Source: an uncultured Acidobacteriota bacterium (GTDB taxonomy: Bacteria; Acidobacteriota; Blastocatellia; RBC074). From it: 64,000 bases of DNA. Below the pieces are notes generated by a model, which saw nothing but the letters and a program-made list of their open reading frames with translations, was not told the DNA's origin and made no database searches. A program made the position numbers and the translations under genes. This document shows positions 61,811 through 64,000 of this stretch, piece after piece; the stretch's first letter is position 1, and every line of letters begins with the position of its first letter. The stretch lies in assembly GCA_963796275.1 (NCBI GenBank), contig CAWCKY010000004.1, positions 960,001-1,024,000 of the forward strand, given 5' to 3'.

Positions 61811-64000
61811 TCATTCATAACGCAGCGCGACCAGCGGATCCACCTTGGTCGCCCGCCGCGCCGGAACATAACAGGCGATCAAGGCGACCACGGCTAACAT
61901 CAGCGTCACGCCGATAAAAGTCGCCAGATCGGTCGAACTCACTCCGACCAGTACGCTCTTCATCAGCCGCGTCAAAGCCAATGCGCCGGCCAGCCCCAAT
62001 GCCAGCCCAATCAACAACAGGGCCATTCCCTGCCAGATGACCAACCGCAGCACATCACCGCTTCGGGCTCCCAGGGCCATCCGAATGCCGAGCTCGCGCG
62101 TCCGCTGGCTGACCGCATAGCTCATCACGCCATAAATACCCAATCCCGCCAGGCTGAGCGCCAGCAGCGCGAAGCTGCCTGCCACCCACGCGCCCGTACG
62201 GAGAGGAAAGAGCGAGATACGCATGTGTTCGTTCATCGTCTTGGCGTCGTAGACCGGCAGGTTACCGTCGAGTTGCCGCACTTCGTGGCGAATAGCATTG
62301 ATAAGATTTTGCGGTTCGCCGGTCGTACGCGCGACAAATGCGGCGGAACCTTCGTAATCTCCGATCATCGGGTAGTAGACGAACGGTTGTGGGTCTTCGC
62401 CAAGGCTAACAAACTTGCTGTCTTTCACGACCCCGACGATCTCCCAGAAAGGGTTCCCCGGCCCACCATGTCGAAATCGTCGTCCGACTGCGTTCTGTCC
62501 CGGCCAGAACCGGCGTGCGAAGGCCTCGCTGACGAGGGCGACGTGCCTCCGGTCATTGCCGTCCAGGATCGTGAAATCACGTCCCTGCACTAGCGGAATG
62601 CCCATCGTCTCGAAATAACGCGGCCAGACCGAGGTAAAAAGAATCAACGGGAGATCGGCTGTGCGCGTGAATGGCTGCCCCTCGGCATAGATCTTGCCGC
62701 TGTTGCGATCCATCATGAGCGGAAGGATAGTGGTGAGCGAAGCCGACTGCACGCCGGGCAGGTTTTCGATGCGGGCGATAAGCTGTTTGAAAAACTGCAA
62801 ACCGCGTTCCTGGTTGTAACCTTGTAGATTGAGATCGACAGACGCCGTCACAGTGCGTTCTACTTCGAAGCCCGGCCCTATCGTCTGAACCTGCTGCAAA
62901 CTTCGGACGATCAGCCCGGCAGCCACCAGCAGTAAGAGCGACAGGGCCACCTGAGTTACAACCAGACCTTTGCTCAAGCGCGAACGGCGATAGCCGCCGA
63001 TAACGGCCTCATTTTTCAGTGCGGTATTGAGATCAGGCTTTGTCGCCTGCCAGGCAGGGATCAATCCAAAGAGCACGCCCGAAAGGAACGAAACGATAAG
63101 AGTAAAAAGCAGCACGCGCCAATCTATCTTGAGATCGATCGTCAGCGCGAAATCCATGGGCGGCTTGACGGCTTTGACCAAACCGACGAGCCACCAGGCA
63201 ATCATCGAGCCCAACGCCCCTCCGGCCAGTGCCAACATCAAGCTTTCGGTCAGCAACTGACGCACGAGGCGCCAGCGGCTGGCCCCGAGCGCCAGGCGCA
63301 CGGCAATCTCTTTACTCCGCCGCGCCGCACGAGCCAGCAGCAGATTCGCCAGATTCGTGCATGCGATCAACAAGACCAGACCGACTACCGCCAGCATCAC
63401 GCCGGCAAACCCCACCGTATAGTCGCGCAGCATCGGCAGAAACAGTCCGGGCGGCGCGATATTGAACTGCATGTTTCCAACCGCTGGATCCTCGCGCCCT
63501 AACTGCACAGCCAGCGCATCCAACTCAGCCTTGGTCTGCGTCACGGAAACATTCGGCTTCAATCGCCCCAGCGCAAATATCTTGCCGTTGCCGCGATTTT
63601 CCAGCCAGTTCGATCCCGGCTCGATCTGATTGGCCATCATCATCGGCACAAATATCTCCGGCGTGAAGATCAAGACCGTGCCGTTGAATTCCGGCGGCGC
63701 TATGCCGATAACCGTGAAACTATTGCTATTGATGGTGATGGTCTGGCCGACCAGATTCGGATCGCCTCCGAAACGCCGCTGCCAACTCCCATAGCTGACC
63801 ACGGCTACAGGATGGGCGCCCGACACGCGATCATCCGCCTGCGTGAACATTCGCCCTCGAACCGCACGCACGCCCAGCATGTCGAAGTAATTGCCCGAGA
63901 CCAGATAGCCCCAGAGCCGTTCGTTATTGCCGCTCCGGCTCAGACTCAGCGGAACAAAACGATAGGCCGCGAGCCCATCCAGCACATCGTTCTTGTCGCG
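61811..64000 (-). CDS. ADOP-type permease (5' end outside window)
   Basis: [48 protein letters not shown]. Confidence 0.9.
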   Translation of the reverse strand, partial: RDKNDVLDGLAAYRFVPLSLSRSGNNERLWGYLVSGNYFDMLGVRAVRGRMFTQADDRVSGAHPVAVVSYGSWQRRFGGDPNLVGQTITINSNSFTVIGIAPPEFNGTVLIFTPEIFVPMMMANQIEPGSNWLENRGNGKIFALGRLKPNVSVTQTKAELDALAVQLGREDPAVGNMQFNIAPPGLFLPMLRDYTVGFAGVMLAVVGLVLLIACTNLANLLLARAARRSKEIAVRLALGASRWRLVRQLLTESLMLALAGGALGSMIAWWLVGLVKAVKPPMDFALTIDLKIDWRVLLFTLIVSFLSGVLFGLIPAWQATKPDLNTALKNEAVIGGYRRSRLSKGLVVTQVALSLLLLVAAGLIVRSLQQVQTIGPGFEVERTVTASVDLNLQGYNQERGLQFFKQLIARIENLPGVQSASLTTILPLMMDRNSGKIYAEGQPFTRTADLPLILFTSVWPRYFETMGIPLVQGRDFTILDGNDRRHVALVSEAFARRFWPGQNAVGRRFRHGGPGNPFWEIVGVVKDSKFVSLGEDPQPFVYYPMIGDYEGSAAFVARTTGEPQNLINAIRHEVRQLDGNLPVYDAKTMNEHMRISLFPLRTGAWVAGSFALLALSLAGLGIYGVMSYAVSQRTRELGIRMALGARSGDVLRLVIWQGMALLLIGLALGLAGALALTRLMKSVLVGVSSTDLATFIGVTLMLAVVALIACYVPARRATKVDPLVALRYE

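Overview
GC-rich bacterial chromosomal segment, most likely from Acidobacteriota (inferred from about eleven ADOP-type duplicated MacB/FtsX permease genes or fragments, an Oar-like TonB-dependent receptor and abundant REP-like intergenic palindromes). In order: an LPS inner-core cluster (two GT9 heptosyltransferases, gmhB, ICMT-like methyltransferase, DUF3108-like protein), enoyl-CoA hydratase, MFS exporter; PadR plus four tandem ADOP permeases with nearly identical N-terminal leaders; PL9-type pectate lyase, CocE/NonD hydrolase, VOC protein; a TPR-CHAT protease / membrane anti-sigma-like / ECF-sigma-like trio facing away from an unannotated five-gene operon (acidic-leader Gly/Ala-rich protein, HEXXH protein, 584-aa unknown, dual cell-wall hydrolase lacking a signal peptide, amidohydrolase); a lone ADOP; MFS-DeoR-HAD; TonB receptor, secreted unknown, zinc peptidase; and a second, decaying ADOP array with a different leader, interrupted by a D-aminoacylase. 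The best candidate novel system is 24931-37036, where the same CGACATG-N16-CAGT motif lies upstream of both the anti-sigma/CHAT genes and the divergent operon. Many single-base frameshifts in unrelated genes suggest long-read assembly errors. No rRNA, tRNA, CRISPR array or transposase was recognised. All functional calls come from motif recognition by eye, not database searches.
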